DNA of 38,496 nucleotides from an uncultured Acidobacteriota bacterium (GTDB lineage Bacteria > Acidobacteriota > Thermoanaerobaculia > Multivoradales > JAHEKO01). Each line of letters opens with the position of its first letter. Within the stretch, counting starts at the first letter, position 1. The stretch lies in NCBI GenBank assembly GCA_963713825.1, contig CAVQNG010000021.1, positions 1 through 38,496 of the forward strand. The letters run 5' to 3'. The notes under the pieces are model-generated. The model did not search any database. It had not been told where the DNA came from and was given only the letters and a program-made list of their open reading frames with translations. Shown piece after piece: positions 12,231-22,481 of the stretch. Made by a program: the position numbers and the translations under genes.

Positions 12231-14537
12231 TCACCCTGCTCGATCGATGTGTGGGATGTTCGCCTTTTCCAGCAGCGCTTTGAACCTGGGCTCGGAGCGC
12301 AGGTTGTCGAGGAGCGGCCAGTTGAGGAACGAGATCAGCGGGTTGCGCTCGTCGTAGGCCTTCTCCAGCCAGCCGAGCGCGGCCTCCTTATCGCCCAGGC
12401 CGGCGTGACCCCAGGCGAAGAACATGGCCGAGACGTACTGACCCGCGGCTCGCGCCTCGAGCTCGGCGAGAATCTCTTCGGCAAGGCCACGCTCCCCGGC
12501 GGCACCATAGGTATAGGCCAACCATCCCAGGTAGTAGGAGCCTCTCCCCGATAGAGAAGTCGCCCGCTCCATCGTCGCAATGGCTTCGTCGTGCCGACCG
12601 CTCTTCGAGTAGGCGCCGCCGAGAACCCAATGGGTGAAGAGGAAATCGCTCTCCATCTCGAGGGCTCGACCGAGCGCCGGCAGGGCCTCCTCGTTCTTGC
12701 CGGCCACGAAGTGTGCCAGGCCCAAGCAGGTGTTGGCATAGGGTGAGAGTGGATCGATTTCGAGTGCCTCTGTAATCATCGACACGGCCTCGTCGTATCG
12801 ATGGGCAAAGCTGAGCAGGAAGCTGTACCAGCACCTGGCCAGCGCCGCTTCGGCATTGACCTCGATCGAGCGTCGGAGGCTCGACTCGGCCCTTTCGAAG
12901 TCCCACTCGAGCCAGAGCTGGATGAGCGCCCTGGCGGCGTGAAGCTCGGCCAGGTCGGGCTCGAGCTCGGTGGCGCGGTCGATGGCGGCCTGCGCCTTGG
13001 CGAGTGCGACGCCTGGATCGAGTCCGTAGAAACCCAGGCTGCTGTAGGCGTTGGCCAGTCCGGTGTAGGCGAGGGTGTAGGAGGGATCCTTCCGGGTCGC
13101 CTGCTCGAAGAAGGCCGCGGCCTTCTCGAGCGAGCCAACCTCCCGCCGGTACCAGTTGTGTTGTCCCTTGAGATACAGATGATAGGCCTCGAGGTTGTGG
13201 GTTTGACGCTTGCTGGGCTTGGTATCGGCCGCACCACCTACCTGTCCCCGGAGGACCTCGGCGATGCTCTCGGAGATCTCGTCCTGAACAGCGAAGACGT
13301 CCTTCATGTTGCGGTCGTAGCGCTCCGACCAGATGTTGAATCCGTCCTCGACGTTGATGAGCTGGGCGGTGACGCGCAATTGGTCGCCAGCGGTCTTGAC
13401 GCTGCCATCGAGGAGCATCGTGACGTTGAGAGCCTGCCCGACCTGCCGGGTGTCGTGGGCCTGATCCTTGAAATGGAACGCCGAGCTTCGGGAGGCGACC
13501 CGCAAACCTGCGATCTGGGTCATGGCATTGAGGATCTCTTCGGCCATGCCTTCACAGAAATACTCCTGGTCCCGCTTGGGGCTCAAATCGCGGAAAGGTA
13601 GGACGGCGATGGAAGGTGCGACGTCAACCTCACCTATCGGCTCAGTTGGCGGCGGGGATGCCGCGGGCTCGTCCGGCCGGCTGTCCGAGATGGCCTCCAA
13701 AGCGAACGACAGATCTCGCACCGATTGAAAACGCTCACCGACATCCTTCTCCAGGCACCGGCGGATAATGCTCTCCAGGACCTGCGGCACCGAGGAGTTC
13801 GAGCTCGGGGGCATGGCTGGATCCTCACGCAGGATCGCACTGAGAATGTCCGCGGAGGAATCGCCGGGAAAGGCCCGGGTACCGTAGAGCATCTCGTGGA
13901 GGAGGGTGCCGAAAGAGAAGATGTCGGAGCGGTGGTCGGATTCGTGCCCCCGGGCCTGCTCGGGAGACATGTACCCTATCGTTCCCATTACCGTACCGGG
14001 TTGGGTGTGCTGGGTCAGCGTCGCGAGCGTCGCGCCATCGCCAGTTGGTGCTCGACGGTCGCTCCACTTCGCCAATCCGAAATCGAGGATCTTGGCGCGA
14101 CCGTCTCGAGTGACGAAGATGTTCTCGGGCTTGAGGTCTCGGTGCACGATGCCCTTGTCGTGGGCCGCGGCCAGCCCGTGCGCAATCTCGACAGCAAGGC
14201 CGAGCGCTCTGCTGGTGGTCAAGCTGTCGGACTCGAGCCGCTCTCGGAGAGTCTGGCCTTCCAGTAGCTCGGTGACGGCGTACCCAAGACCCTCTTCGTT
14301 GCCGATGTCGTAGAGCGCCAGGATGTTGGGATGGGCGAGAGCCGCGACCGCCCTCGCCTCGAGCTCGAATCGCTCGAGCGCCCTTGGCTCCTGAGCCACC
14401 TTGGCAGGCAGCACCTTGACCGCGACTTCACGCCCCAGACGGGTATCGCGGGCCCGATAGACCTCACCCATGCCGCCCGCACCGAGGGAGTCGAGAACCT
14501 CGTAGGGTCCCAGTCGAGTTCCTGCTGCCAGGGCCAT
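12231..14537 (-). CDS. Ser/Thr protein kinase with TolB-N-like (SIAVLPF) domain and TPR repeats, no obvious TM helix
   Basis: Starts MALAAGTRLGPYEV; HRDLKPEN, DFG, YMSPEQ; SIAVLPFRDLS..DQEYFCEGMAEEI; EAYHLYLKG; C-terminal LRSEPRF. Confidence 0.93.
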   Translation of the reverse strand: MALAAGTRLGPYEVLDSLGAGGMGEVYRARDTRLGREVAVKVLPAKVAQEPRALERFELEARAVAALAHPNILALYDIGNEEGLGYAVTELLEGQTLRERLESDSLTTSRALGLAVEIAHGLAAAHDKGIVHRDLKPENIFVTRDGRAKILDFGLAKWSDRRAPTGDGATLATLTQHTQPGTVMGTIGYMSPEQARGHESDHRSDIFSFGTLLHEMLYGTRAFPGDSSADILSAILREDPAMPPSSNSSVPQVLESIIRRCLEKDVGERFQSVRDLSFALEAISDSRPDEPAASPPPTEPIGEVDVAPSIAVLPFRDLSPKRDQEYFCEGMAEEILNAMTQIAGLRVASRSSAFHFKDQAHDTRQVGQALNVTMLLDGSVKTAGDQLRVTAQLINVEDGFNIWSERYDRNMKDVFAVQDEISESIAEVLRGQVGGAADTKPSKRQTHNLEAYHLYLKGQHNWYRREVGSLEKAAAFFEQATRKDPSYTLAYTGLANAYSSLGFYGLDPGVALAKAQAAIDRATELEPDLAELHAARALIQLWLEWDFERAESSLRRSIEVNAEAALARCWYSFLLSFAHRYDEAVSMITEALEIDPLSPYANTCLGLAHFVAGKNEEALPALGRALEMESDFLFTHWVLGGAYSKSGRHDEAIATMERATSLSGRGSYYLGWLAYTYGAAGERGLAEEILAELEARAAGQYVSAMFFAWGHAGLGDKEAALGWLEKAYDERNPLISFLNWPLLDNLRSEPRFKALLEKANIPHIDRAG

Positions 14538-14714
14538 TGTGCGGCCTAGTCTAGCGCAGGCTCTTGGCTTGCATGAACAAGGGGGTACTGACGGAACCTG
14601 ACACACGTTTGGTGCACCATGGGCTCGAGGCTGGAAGGTGCCACCCTCTTTTCGTTGGCAATCCGAGGCGTGCCTAGCACCTATGACGGGTCGAGAGGCC
14701 GGAGAGGAGGTCCC

Positions 14715-15719
14715 ATGGAAGCGCAAGGCATGGTGGACACAGTTGGGTCGGCGAAGCAGTGGCTTCGGACGGTGACGATCGGCGCGGGGATGCACAGCAA
14801 GAACCTGACGATCTTTCCGCTCTACTGGAGGGGTGACGAAGCGATCGCGAGCCACGAGGCGCCGCCGAGTTGGGGTGATGATGAGGTCGGGGATCGCAAG
14901 AAGGTCCGCTATCAGTTGCTCGCGGATGCCATCGAGGCGAAGCAGGCGAGGGTGGAGGAGACGAGCGAGGCGGGAGATGTGCCCCTGCTGGCGGTTACGA
15001 ACGACGGTGCAATGCCGATCTTGATCCCCGAAGGAGAGATCCTGATCGGCGCCAAACAGAACCGCACCGTGAATCTGACGCTGCTCGTGGCAGGAAAGAC
15101 TCAGATGCAGATGCCGGTGAGTTGTGTCGAGGCTGGGCGGTGGAGCCGAAAATCACGCCACTTCGAGGCCAAGGCCTGGGCCCATCCGAAGCTGCGAGAG
15201 CTCAAAGTGCGTAGCGCCCAAATGTACCGTCGCGAGACCGGAATGGCCAGGGCCGATCAGGGTGCGGTCTGGAAAGAGGTGGACGATCACCTCGAGAGCT
15301 TCGACATTCCTGCTCCGACGCGGGACCTGGCGCTCAGCTTCGAGGAGCCAGCTGTGCACACGAGTGAGTACCGCGAGTGGATCCAGCTACCCGAGTCGGC
15401 TTGTGGCTTTCTGGCGGCCCGAGGTGAAGAAGTGATCGGGCTCGATCTCTTCGACTCAGCCGAGACCCTGCAGAAACTCTGGCAGCGCATGTCGGATGCC
15501 TATTTCGTCGAAGCGGCGCGGGGCGACGACCGCTGCGAGAAGACTCCGAGCAAGGTGGCTAACGAGTTCCTGGCGTCGGTCGAAAAGTACCTGGCACCGG
15601 CCGAAAAGCAGCCCGAGCTCGGATTCGAAATGGAGCTGGTCGACGACGCTTTGTCAGGATCCGCACTGTGGTACGACGGTGCGGTCTGTCACCTTTCGGC
15701 CTTCAGCACCAACAACTGA
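14715..15719 (+). CDS. ARPP-1/DUF6569-like protein
   Basis: RBS GGAGG before ATG 14715; NLTIFPL, VPLLAVTN, GEILIGAKQNR, PVSCVEAGRW, QGAVW motifs. Confidence 0.8.
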   Translation: MEAQGMVDTVGSAKQWLRTVTIGAGMHSKNLTIFPLYWRGDEAIASHEAPPSWGDDEVGDRKKVRYQLLADAIEAKQARVEETSEAGDVPLLAVTNDGAMPILIPEGEILIGAKQNRTVNLTLLVAGKTQMQMPVSCVEAGRWSRKSRHFEAKAWAHPKLRELKVRSAQMYRRETGMARADQGAVWKEVDDHLESFDIPAPTRDLALSFEEPAVHTSEYREWIQLPESACGFLAARGEEVIGLDLFDSAETLQKLWQRMSDAYFVEAARGDDRCEKTPSKVANEFLASVEKYLAPAEKQPELGFEMELVDDALSGSALWYDGAVCHLSAFSTNN

Positions 15720-15781
15720 GGCCCGCTCACTCGTCCGTCCTGGGTCACGATCGTTGAGAGGTCGGTCCGGGTGATCCGCGG

Positions 15782-15834
15782 GGGGACGGCAATAGGGCTT
15801 AGGGGCTTAAGGGCCTAGGGGCGTAGGGGACGGC
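15782..15834. repeat. About five degenerate octamer repeats (TAGGGGCT consensus) bounded by a GGGGACGGC direct repeat
   Basis: tagggct-taggggct-taagggcc-taggggcg-tagggga; GGGGACGGC at 15782-15790 and 15826-15834. Confidence 0.75.
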
Positions 15835-16068
15835 CCCGTGCGGGAGTCTCAAGAAATCTTGTTGCTCTGGAATCAACAAACGGTGCAAGGCCGCGAACGA
15901 GGTCTCCAGCCGTAGGCCCAGGACGACGGGGGACAGCCTCGGGCGTGGCCTGTTTCGCCTTACGATTCAGGCCCCCAAGACCTCAAGGAACGACCTCGCG
16001 CAGCGCAGGTCGCTTCAACCCCCAAGCCCTCAAAGACCGGCCGAAGGCACGCCGGCCGCCTCAACCCG

Positions 16069-17535
16069 TCACCGCACCTTCGTTTCCCAGTTGCTGTGCT
16101 GCAGGAAGCGGGTGACGTTGCCGGCGTCGTCGACTTCGAAGAAGAACTCCTCGCCCAGGGATTTGTCGTCTTTGCGCACTCGGCGGAAGGTGTGATCACC
16201 GATCTTCTCGAGCTCGAAGAGGCTCTCCTTTGGGTCGCGGGTTCCCAATCCGAGGACGGCGAGCCCATCCTTCCATCGCAGGATCGCAGTCTGGCCCCAG
16301 GCGGAGTCGTAGACGCCAACATAGCGGGCCAGATCCGGGTCCCAATCGGGTATGTCGTCGGGACTGTCTGTTGCGGCCTCGATCGCTGGAACGATGAGGT
16401 CCGCCGCTTTCTCGGCGTAGAAAGTCACGGGCGTGCCGATGGCACTGGCCAGGACGATGACGCCCAGCTTGTTCTTCGGCACCAGCAGGAACTGGCTGTA
16501 GTAACCGGGGCACCCACCGCTGTGGCCAACGAAGACGTGGCCGTTGCTCTTCCAGGTGCCGAAGCCGAGGCCGCGTTTCGTTTCCCAGTCGGGGTCCATC
16601 CACTGGACGCGTTGCATCTCACGCAAAGTGGAGGAGCGGAGGATCTCCTGGGTGTCGCTCCCCAAAAGCCGAAACTGCCACGACGCGAAGCTGGCGAGGT
16701 CCGGGACGGTCGAGGCGAAGCCGGCCGCTGGCGCGATACCGTGGGTCTGGAACATGGGTAGGCGGCGGCGCGAGCCGTCCCGTTGCAGATAGCTGTGCCC
16801 AACCGCCATACGTTCACCCCATTCCGCCTCGGGGATGTCGGTGAAGGTGTCGTCCATCTCCAGGGGATCGAGAATCTGGGACTGAATCCGGTCGTGGTAG
16901 GCCTGGCCGGACACCTCCGCCACGATTTCGCCCACGAGGGTAAGCCCCAGGTTCGAGTACTGGAAGTAGCGCGAGGATGGGTAGAGCGTCGATTGGTTGG
17001 ACAGCTGCTGGACGATCTGGTCGTGGGTTGGAAAGACGAAATCGGGATCCGACCAGTAGGGGAAGTCCGATTCTCGCGGCAGGCCCGAGGAGTGACTCAG
17101 CAGTCGACGAACCGTAATGGCCTCGTCGTTGGGATGAGCGTCCTGCAGCGTGAACCAACTCAGATACTCGGAGACCGGAGCATCGAGGCGAACTCGATCC
17201 TGGTCGCGCAGCTGCATGAAGGCGACCGAGGTGAAGAGCTTCGAGATCGAGCAGATGCTGTAGATGGTCTCTGCAGTGGCTGGCGTGCCGGTGTCGGGGT
17301 TCGCCAGTCCGAAGCCGCGTGCTGTCAACAGTTCTTGATCGAGGACGACGCCGATCGACGCGGCCGGCACGCGGCTGATGCCCAGCTGGTACTCGACCCA
17401 GGCTTCCCAGGCAGCGACCGCATCGGCAACGCGCGGATCGTCACCCAGCGCCCGGGAGGCGGGTTCGTCATCGGAAGCGATGGCAGGTGTGACAGCAATC
17501 AGAACCAGCAGTACGATCGACGTGAATCGATGCAT
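16069..17535 (-). CDS. Exported serine hydrolase, beta-lactamase/AmpC-like family
   Basis: Signal peptide; SISK, LLSHSSGL, YSN, GHSGG motifs. Confidence 0.92.
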   Translation of the reverse strand: MHRFTSIVLLVLIAVTPAIASDDEPASRALGDDPRVADAVAAWEAWVEYQLGISRVPAASIGVVLDQELLTARGFGLANPDTGTPATAETIYSICSISKLFTSVAFMQLRDQDRVRLDAPVSEYLSWFTLQDAHPNDEAITVRRLLSHSSGLPRESDFPYWSDPDFVFPTHDQIVQQLSNQSTLYPSSRYFQYSNLGLTLVGEIVAEVSGQAYHDRIQSQILDPLEMDDTFTDIPEAEWGERMAVGHSYLQRDGSRRRLPMFQTHGIAPAAGFASTVPDLASFASWQFRLLGSDTQEILRSSTLREMQRVQWMDPDWETKRGLGFGTWKSNGHVFVGHSGGCPGYYSQFLLVPKNKLGVIVLASAIGTPVTFYAEKAADLIVPAIEAATDSPDDIPDWDPDLARYVGVYDSAWGQTAILRWKDGLAVLGLGTRDPKESLFELEKIGDHTFRRVRKDDKSLGEEFFFEVDDAGNVTRFLQHSNWETKVR

Positions 17536-17642
17536 GATTTCCCTCGCTAGTGAACTGGTGGGTCAGGACCTCTCCCACAGCTGGCAGTTGATGTGGGGAA
17601 GGGGCTTGCGCCTCTCTTGATCAGGTCGAGTCTATCCTCCCC

Positions 17643-19952
17643 CTATGCCTTCGGGTGCAGCCAGTAGGCCAGGGCAGGTAGGAGAACGATTGCGCCAAGC
17701 ATGTTGAGCAGGAACATGAACGTCAACAGGATGCCCATATCAGCCTGGAACTTCAACGGCGAGAAGATCCAGGTGGCCACTCCAACCGCCAGCGTGAAGC
17801 CAGTGAAGATTACCCCGCTGCCCGTCAGCTTCAGCGTTTCGCGGTAGGCCCCCTGCAAAGGGGTGCCCTGGGCCAGGATGCTGCGCAGGCGAGCGTAGAT
17901 GTAGATCCCGTAGTCGACACCGATTCCAACGCCGAGAGCGACTACCGGCAAGGTGGAGATCTTGAGTCCGATCTCGAGTGTCGACATCAGGGCATAGGCG
18001 AGGATCGATACCAGAGCGAGCGGGATAACGATGCAGAGGGTGGCGCGGAGCGACCGGAAAGTGATCAGGCACAGCACGATGATGGCCGCGAAGATCCACA
18101 TCAGCATCGGAAATTGAGCCGCGGAGACGGTCTCATTGGTGGCCGCCATGACGCCAACATTGCCCGTGGCGAGCCGGAACCGGATCTCATCGGAGCCGTG
18201 CAGCGCCCGGTATGCCTTGACCGCTGAGACGATCCCTTCGATGGTCTCGGCCTTGTGGTCCTGCGAGTAGATGTAGACCGGCATCACACTGCAGTCGGAG
18301 TTGAGCAGCCCCGTGCTGGTGTCGATATAGGTCACCGCCTGGGCCATGGTCGAGGGGTTGCGGGGCAGGATTCGCCACTTGAGGCTGCCCTCGTTCCAAC
18401 CGGCGTTGATGATCTTGGCCACAGTGCCGATGCCAAGCACCGACTGCACGCCAGGCACGTTACGCATGTGCCATTCGAAGCGGTCGATGGTGGTCATGAT
18501 GTCGTGCCGGGTGCAGGCCTCGGGCTCGGACTCCACAATGACAGTAATGACGTCCACGCCGATGGAAAAGTGTTTGGTGATCACCTCGGTGTCGATGTTG
18601 TATTGGGAGTCGGCTCGCAGCTCCGGCACGCCGGGATGCAGGTCGCCAATCTTGATCTGGGTTGCCTTCCAGCCGCCGACTGCGAAAAGGACAGCCGCCA
18701 CAAGAACGATGATTGCGGCGTTGCGTGGCGCCGTGACCCGGGCCAGGGCGGTCCAGAGATGATCCAATTTGTTGGCCCGCTTCCGCAGCCTGGCCTCGTA
18801 CTTCGCGTCGAGATTGACGTACGACAGGAGCACCGGTACCAGGATCAGGTCGGTGAGGATGATCACGGCCACGCCGAGGCTGGCGGTGATCGCCATCTCC
18901 TGGATCATGCGGATCTTGATCAGCATGATGGTGATGAAGCCGATGGTGTCGCTCAACAGGGCGATGCTTCCCGGAACGATCAACTTGCGGAAGCCGATCT
19001 GGGCCGCTTCCAGGCTGCTAGTACCTTCGTAGACCTCGGCTCGGAAGGCGCTCACCATCTGCACGCCGTGACTCACCCCGATGGCGAAGATCAGGAACGG
19101 CACGAGGATCGACATCGGGTCGATGCCGAATCCGAGCATCGGCAGCAGACCCAACTGCCAGATCACCGCGATCAGCGAGCAGCCGACGACGATCAGGGAG
19201 AGCTTGGCGCTCTGGGAGTAGAGGTAGACGAAAACAACCGTGATGAAGAAAGCCACCAGAAAGAACAGCACGACTCGTGCTACTCCGGCGGCGATGTCAC
19301 CGATGACCTTGGCGAAGCCGATGATGTGATAGTCGAACTCGACTCCCACATCGTGGTTGCTGTATTTCTGGCGGACCTCCTCCAACTGGTCGGCCACGTA
19401 CAGGTAGTCGAGGCGCTCGCCGGTGGTGGGATCGATTTCGAGGAGCGACGCGACGACAAGAGCGGAGCTGAAATCGTTGGCCACGAGGCGGCCGACGTAG
19501 GCCGATTTGAGGAGGTTTGCGCGGACCTTGGCGAGCCCTTCATCGGTCATTGCGAAGTCGTCAGGAATGACGTTGCCACCTGAAATGCCATCCTCTACTA
19601 CTTCCGTGAAGCGGACATTGGGCGTGAAGAGCGACATCACCCGGGTCCGGTCGACGCCGGGGATGAAGAAGACGTCGTCGGTGACCTGTTGCAGCACCTC
19701 GAAGAACTTCGGTGTGAAGATGTCCCCTTCGCGCGCCTTGATGGCGATGACCACCCGATTCGCGCCGCCGAACGCGTCGCGATACTCGACGTAGGTCTTC
19801 ATGTATTCGTGTTCGAGTGGCAGCAACTTCGCGAAGCCGGCGTCGATGCGGAGGTTGGTGGCCTGGTAGGCCATGAAGACCGTCACCAATCCGAAAATAG
19901 CCACCACCAGGCGGCGGTTGCCGAAGATCAGGTTCTCGAGCCGCTGAAACAT
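17643..19952 (-). CDS. RND/MMPL family transporter permease
   Basis: Two-fold internally repeated multi-TM architecture; AIGVSHGVQ, GVGIGVDYGIY, FQADMGILLTFMF. Confidence 0.93.
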   Translation of the reverse strand: MFQRLENLIFGNRRLVVAIFGLVTVFMAYQATNLRIDAGFAKLLPLEHEYMKTYVEYRDAFGGANRVVIAIKAREGDIFTPKFFEVLQQVTDDVFFIPGVDRTRVMSLFTPNVRFTEVVEDGISGGNVIPDDFAMTDEGLAKVRANLLKSAYVGRLVANDFSSALVVASLLEIDPTTGERLDYLYVADQLEEVRQKYSNHDVGVEFDYHIIGFAKVIGDIAAGVARVVLFFLVAFFITVVFVYLYSQSAKLSLIVVGCSLIAVIWQLGLLPMLGFGIDPMSILVPFLIFAIGVSHGVQMVSAFRAEVYEGTSSLEAAQIGFRKLIVPGSIALLSDTIGFITIMLIKIRMIQEMAITASLGVAVIILTDLILVPVLLSYVNLDAKYEARLRKRANKLDHLWTALARVTAPRNAAIIVLVAAVLFAVGGWKATQIKIGDLHPGVPELRADSQYNIDTEVITKHFSIGVDVITVIVESEPEACTRHDIMTTIDRFEWHMRNVPGVQSVLGIGTVAKIINAGWNEGSLKWRILPRNPSTMAQAVTYIDTSTGLLNSDCSVMPVYIYSQDHKAETIEGIVSAVKAYRALHGSDEIRFRLATGNVGVMAATNETVSAAQFPMLMWIFAAIIVLCLITFRSLRATLCIVIPLALVSILAYALMSTLEIGLKISTLPVVALGVGIGVDYGIYIYARLRSILAQGTPLQGAYRETLKLTGSGVIFTGFTLAVGVATWIFSPLKFQADMGILLTFMFLLNMLGAIVLLPALAYWLHPKA

Positions 19953-19973
19953 CGCGCCGGGTTTCCTTTCCGC

Positions 19974-20990
19974 CTAGTTCGCCAGGCTGTCAGTCGGCGT
20001 CGTCTTGACTCCGAATTCGCCTACCATCAGTAGCTGTCCTTCGCCTGTCTCTACGATTGATGAGATACCACGCCGATCGGATTGCGGTAGCAGTTCGAAG
20101 GTGGATCCACCGTCGGATGAAATGAGCATCGTTCCGCCGAGCCCACTGACAGCGATCCTGCCATCCGCCAGCCGGATACCGGCGGTGAGCATCGCCGTGG
20201 TACCGGTCTCGACCGGCGCCCAGTTCTCGCCAGCATCTTCAGACCGAAACAGATGCCCTTGAAGGCCAAAAACCAGCACCGTGTCGCCGTCCAGGGGAAC
20301 GGTGCCAAAGAAAGATCCTTCATAGGGTGAGGGCAATTCCGCCCAGGTCGCGCCGCCGTCGTCGGAGCGGTAGATCATGCCCGCCTCGGCTGCCAGATAC
20401 AGCCGACCTTCAGCCGACCTCGCAATGTGATGCAGATGAAAATCCCACTCGCTGATGGGCTCGAAGCTCCATGTCGTGCCGCCATCGGAAGTGCGGTAGA
20501 AGCTCCCGTAGGCGCCGACTGCGAAGCCGTTGTCAGCATCAGAGAACCAGACATCGAGCAGTGGGCTTTCCTCTTCGGGTGCCCAGTTGACGATCTCCCA
20601 GGAGGAACCGCCGTCCGAAGTACGCAAAATCACCGAGTCGTGGCCAACCACCCAGCCCAGGTCGGAATCGTTGAAGTGGACCCCGGTGAGCGCCGCCCGT
20701 GTCGGGACCGAGGCCTGTTGCCAAGAGCTTCCCTTGTCGGTGGAGGTCAGGATGTGACCCCTTTCTCCGACCACGACGAGGCTACCGTTGGCGGCAGACG
20801 CATCGAGCAACAGGGACTTTGCTGCTAGACCGGCTTTGGCTGCCGGTTCGGGCTCGATCTCGTCCTGGGCGGTTGCAGGAACGGCGTTGTACCCCGACAC
20901 TAGGAGAGCGATGGCGAGGTACCGCCAGAGGCCGTTGGAGAAAGACAAATCTGACTGCGCCGGCAGGCGAGCTTTTCGAATCCAAACCAT
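19974..20990 (-). CDS. YCF48-like BNR/Asp-box beta-propeller protein
   Basis: Repeated S.DGG.(S/T)W Asp boxes; VGERGHIL, VGHDSVIL, SPYEGSFFG; RBS GGAGG before ATG 20990. Confidence 0.9.
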   Translation of the reverse strand: MVWIRKARLPAQSDLSFSNGLWRYLAIALLVSGYNAVPATAQDEIEPEPAAKAGLAAKSLLLDASAANGSLVVVGERGHILTSTDKGSSWQQASVPTRAALTGVHFNDSDLGWVVGHDSVILRTSDGGSSWEIVNWAPEEESPLLDVWFSDADNGFAVGAYGSFYRTSDGGTTWSFEPISEWDFHLHHIARSAEGRLYLAAEAGMIYRSDDGGATWAELPSPYEGSFFGTVPLDGDTVLVFGLQGHLFRSEDAGENWAPVETGTTAMLTAGIRLADGRIAVSGLGGTMLISSDGGSTFELLPQSDRRGISSIVETGEGQLLMVGEFGVKTTPTDSLAN

Positions 20991-21097
20991 CTTCCGTCCT
21001 CCCCAGGACGTGCTCCGGGGCCAGTTCCCCCACTTGAGAAGCCAGTGCGACGGAGCAGGCCGTGTTGGCCCACTCCGTCGCACGCAGAGTTATGGCG

Positions 21098-22468
21098 CTA
21101 ACGGACACCCGAACGGCGCAGCGCCGCCGGGGTGAAATCCTCCATTGTTCGATTAATGCCGAATTTGTACATCGGCAGCTGATTGTCGAGACCGATGGCA
21201 AGATATCGGCCTGCCTGCAGGTCGATGTGTACCTCGAGTGTCGTCCAGTAAGTCGGCAGGTCGTAGTAGTTGATGGCGTGACCCTCGGAGACCCGCCAGA
21301 GCTGATCCCGATTGTCATACTGGTCCATCGCCACGATCTGCCAGCTGTCCTCGTCGATATAGAAGGTGCGCCGTTTGTAGATATGGCGGGCGCCCTCCCT
21401 CAGCGTCGCATCCACGACCCAGACTCGATGGAGTTCGTACCGGTTGTAGTCGGGGTTTGTATGAAGCGGCGTGAGGATGTCCTTGACGAGGACTTTGTCG
21501 CTGTGCAGTTTGTAGGAGTTGTACGGCACGTACATCTCCTTCTTGCCGACGAGCTCCCAGTTGTACCTGTCGACGGCGCCGTTGAACATGTCGAACTGAT
21601 CCGACGTTCGCATGCCGTCGGCGGCCGTCCCAGGATTGTCGTACGCCACGTTGGGAGCACGACGGACACGGCGCTGGCCCGGGTTGTAGAGCCAGGCGCT
21701 GCGGTGCTCCTTGACCTGATTCATGGTCTCGTGGACCATGAGGATGCCGCCGGCCAGCCGCGCCGGTGCTGTGACCTCCTGCTTGAAGAAGAGGATCTTG
21801 TTATTGAGATCCGCCTCGGTCATGCCGTCCATGCTGTAGAGCAGGAAGAACTCATCGGAAAACTGCACAAGCGTGTACTTGCCACCCCGGGTCGGAGCCG
21901 CCTGGGCGATCGTTCGGGACGCGATGCCGCCACGGAAACGCAGCAGATGGTTCCAGATGACCTCTACACCTTCCTTCGGGATTGGGAAGGGGATGCCGTT
22001 GATAGCACCCTCCACCCCATAGCCATTCTCAACCGTTCTCGCGGTACCGGCGATCTCCTTGGTCTTGTCGTAGATCCGCTGCGGATACGAGGCGCTACGG
22101 TGCGTCGGATAGACGTTCATCTTGAAGCTCGGGTAGGCCTCGAGCACCGCCTTGTAACCCGGCGTCAGTTTGTCCGCGTACTCCGCCATGTTGTCCTTGG
22201 TAATGGTGAACGAGATCGCATCGCTAGCAAATGGATCGGGATGGTGCATTCCGGGTTTGTAGCTTGCAGGTGGCGTGGTAATGCCACCGTCCCAGGCCGG
22301 AATGGTGCCATCCGCGTTGCCGGCCTTTTCGGCTCCCAGAGGAGTCAGGTCGGCACCGAGTCGAGCGATCTCCTCCGAGGACAGCTGTGCCTGGAGCACG
22401 GTTGCCGAACCGACGACGATCGTCAGCGCGCAACACAAGAGGATCAGCTTGGTTCTATGCATAGTCAT
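21098..22468 (-). CDS. DUF1329 family periplasmic protein
   Basis: Signal peptide; LTPLGAEKAGNADGTIPAWDGG, AWLYNPGQRRVRRAP, YELHRVWVV, FTPAALRR. Confidence 0.92.
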   Translation of the reverse strand: MTMHRTKLILLCCALTIVVGSATVLQAQLSSEEIARLGADLTPLGAEKAGNADGTIPAWDGGITTPPASYKPGMHHPDPFASDAISFTITKDNMAEYADKLTPGYKAVLEAYPSFKMNVYPTHRSASYPQRIYDKTKEIAGTARTVENGYGVEGAINGIPFPIPKEGVEVIWNHLLRFRGGIASRTIAQAAPTRGGKYTLVQFSDEFFLLYSMDGMTEADLNNKILFFKQEVTAPARLAGGILMVHETMNQVKEHRSAWLYNPGQRRVRRAPNVAYDNPGTAADGMRTSDQFDMFNGAVDRYNWELVGKKEMYVPYNSYKLHSDKVLVKDILTPLHTNPDYNRYELHRVWVVDATLREGARHIYKRRTFYIDEDSWQIVAMDQYDNRDQLWRVSEGHAINYYDLPTYWTTLEVHIDLQAGRYLAIGLDNQLPMYKFGINRTMEDFTPAALRRSGVR

Positions 22469-22481
22469 GCTTTCCTACCCC

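Noticed and set aside
15782-15834. Possible CRISPR array or telomere-like repeat
   Set aside because: Units are 7-8 bp, degenerate and without spacers, and no cas genes are present.
16069-17535. Calling the SxxK proteins antibiotic-resistance beta-lactamases
   Set aside because: The motifs only place them in the broad serine hydrolase/peptidase family; substrate cannot be inferred from sequence.
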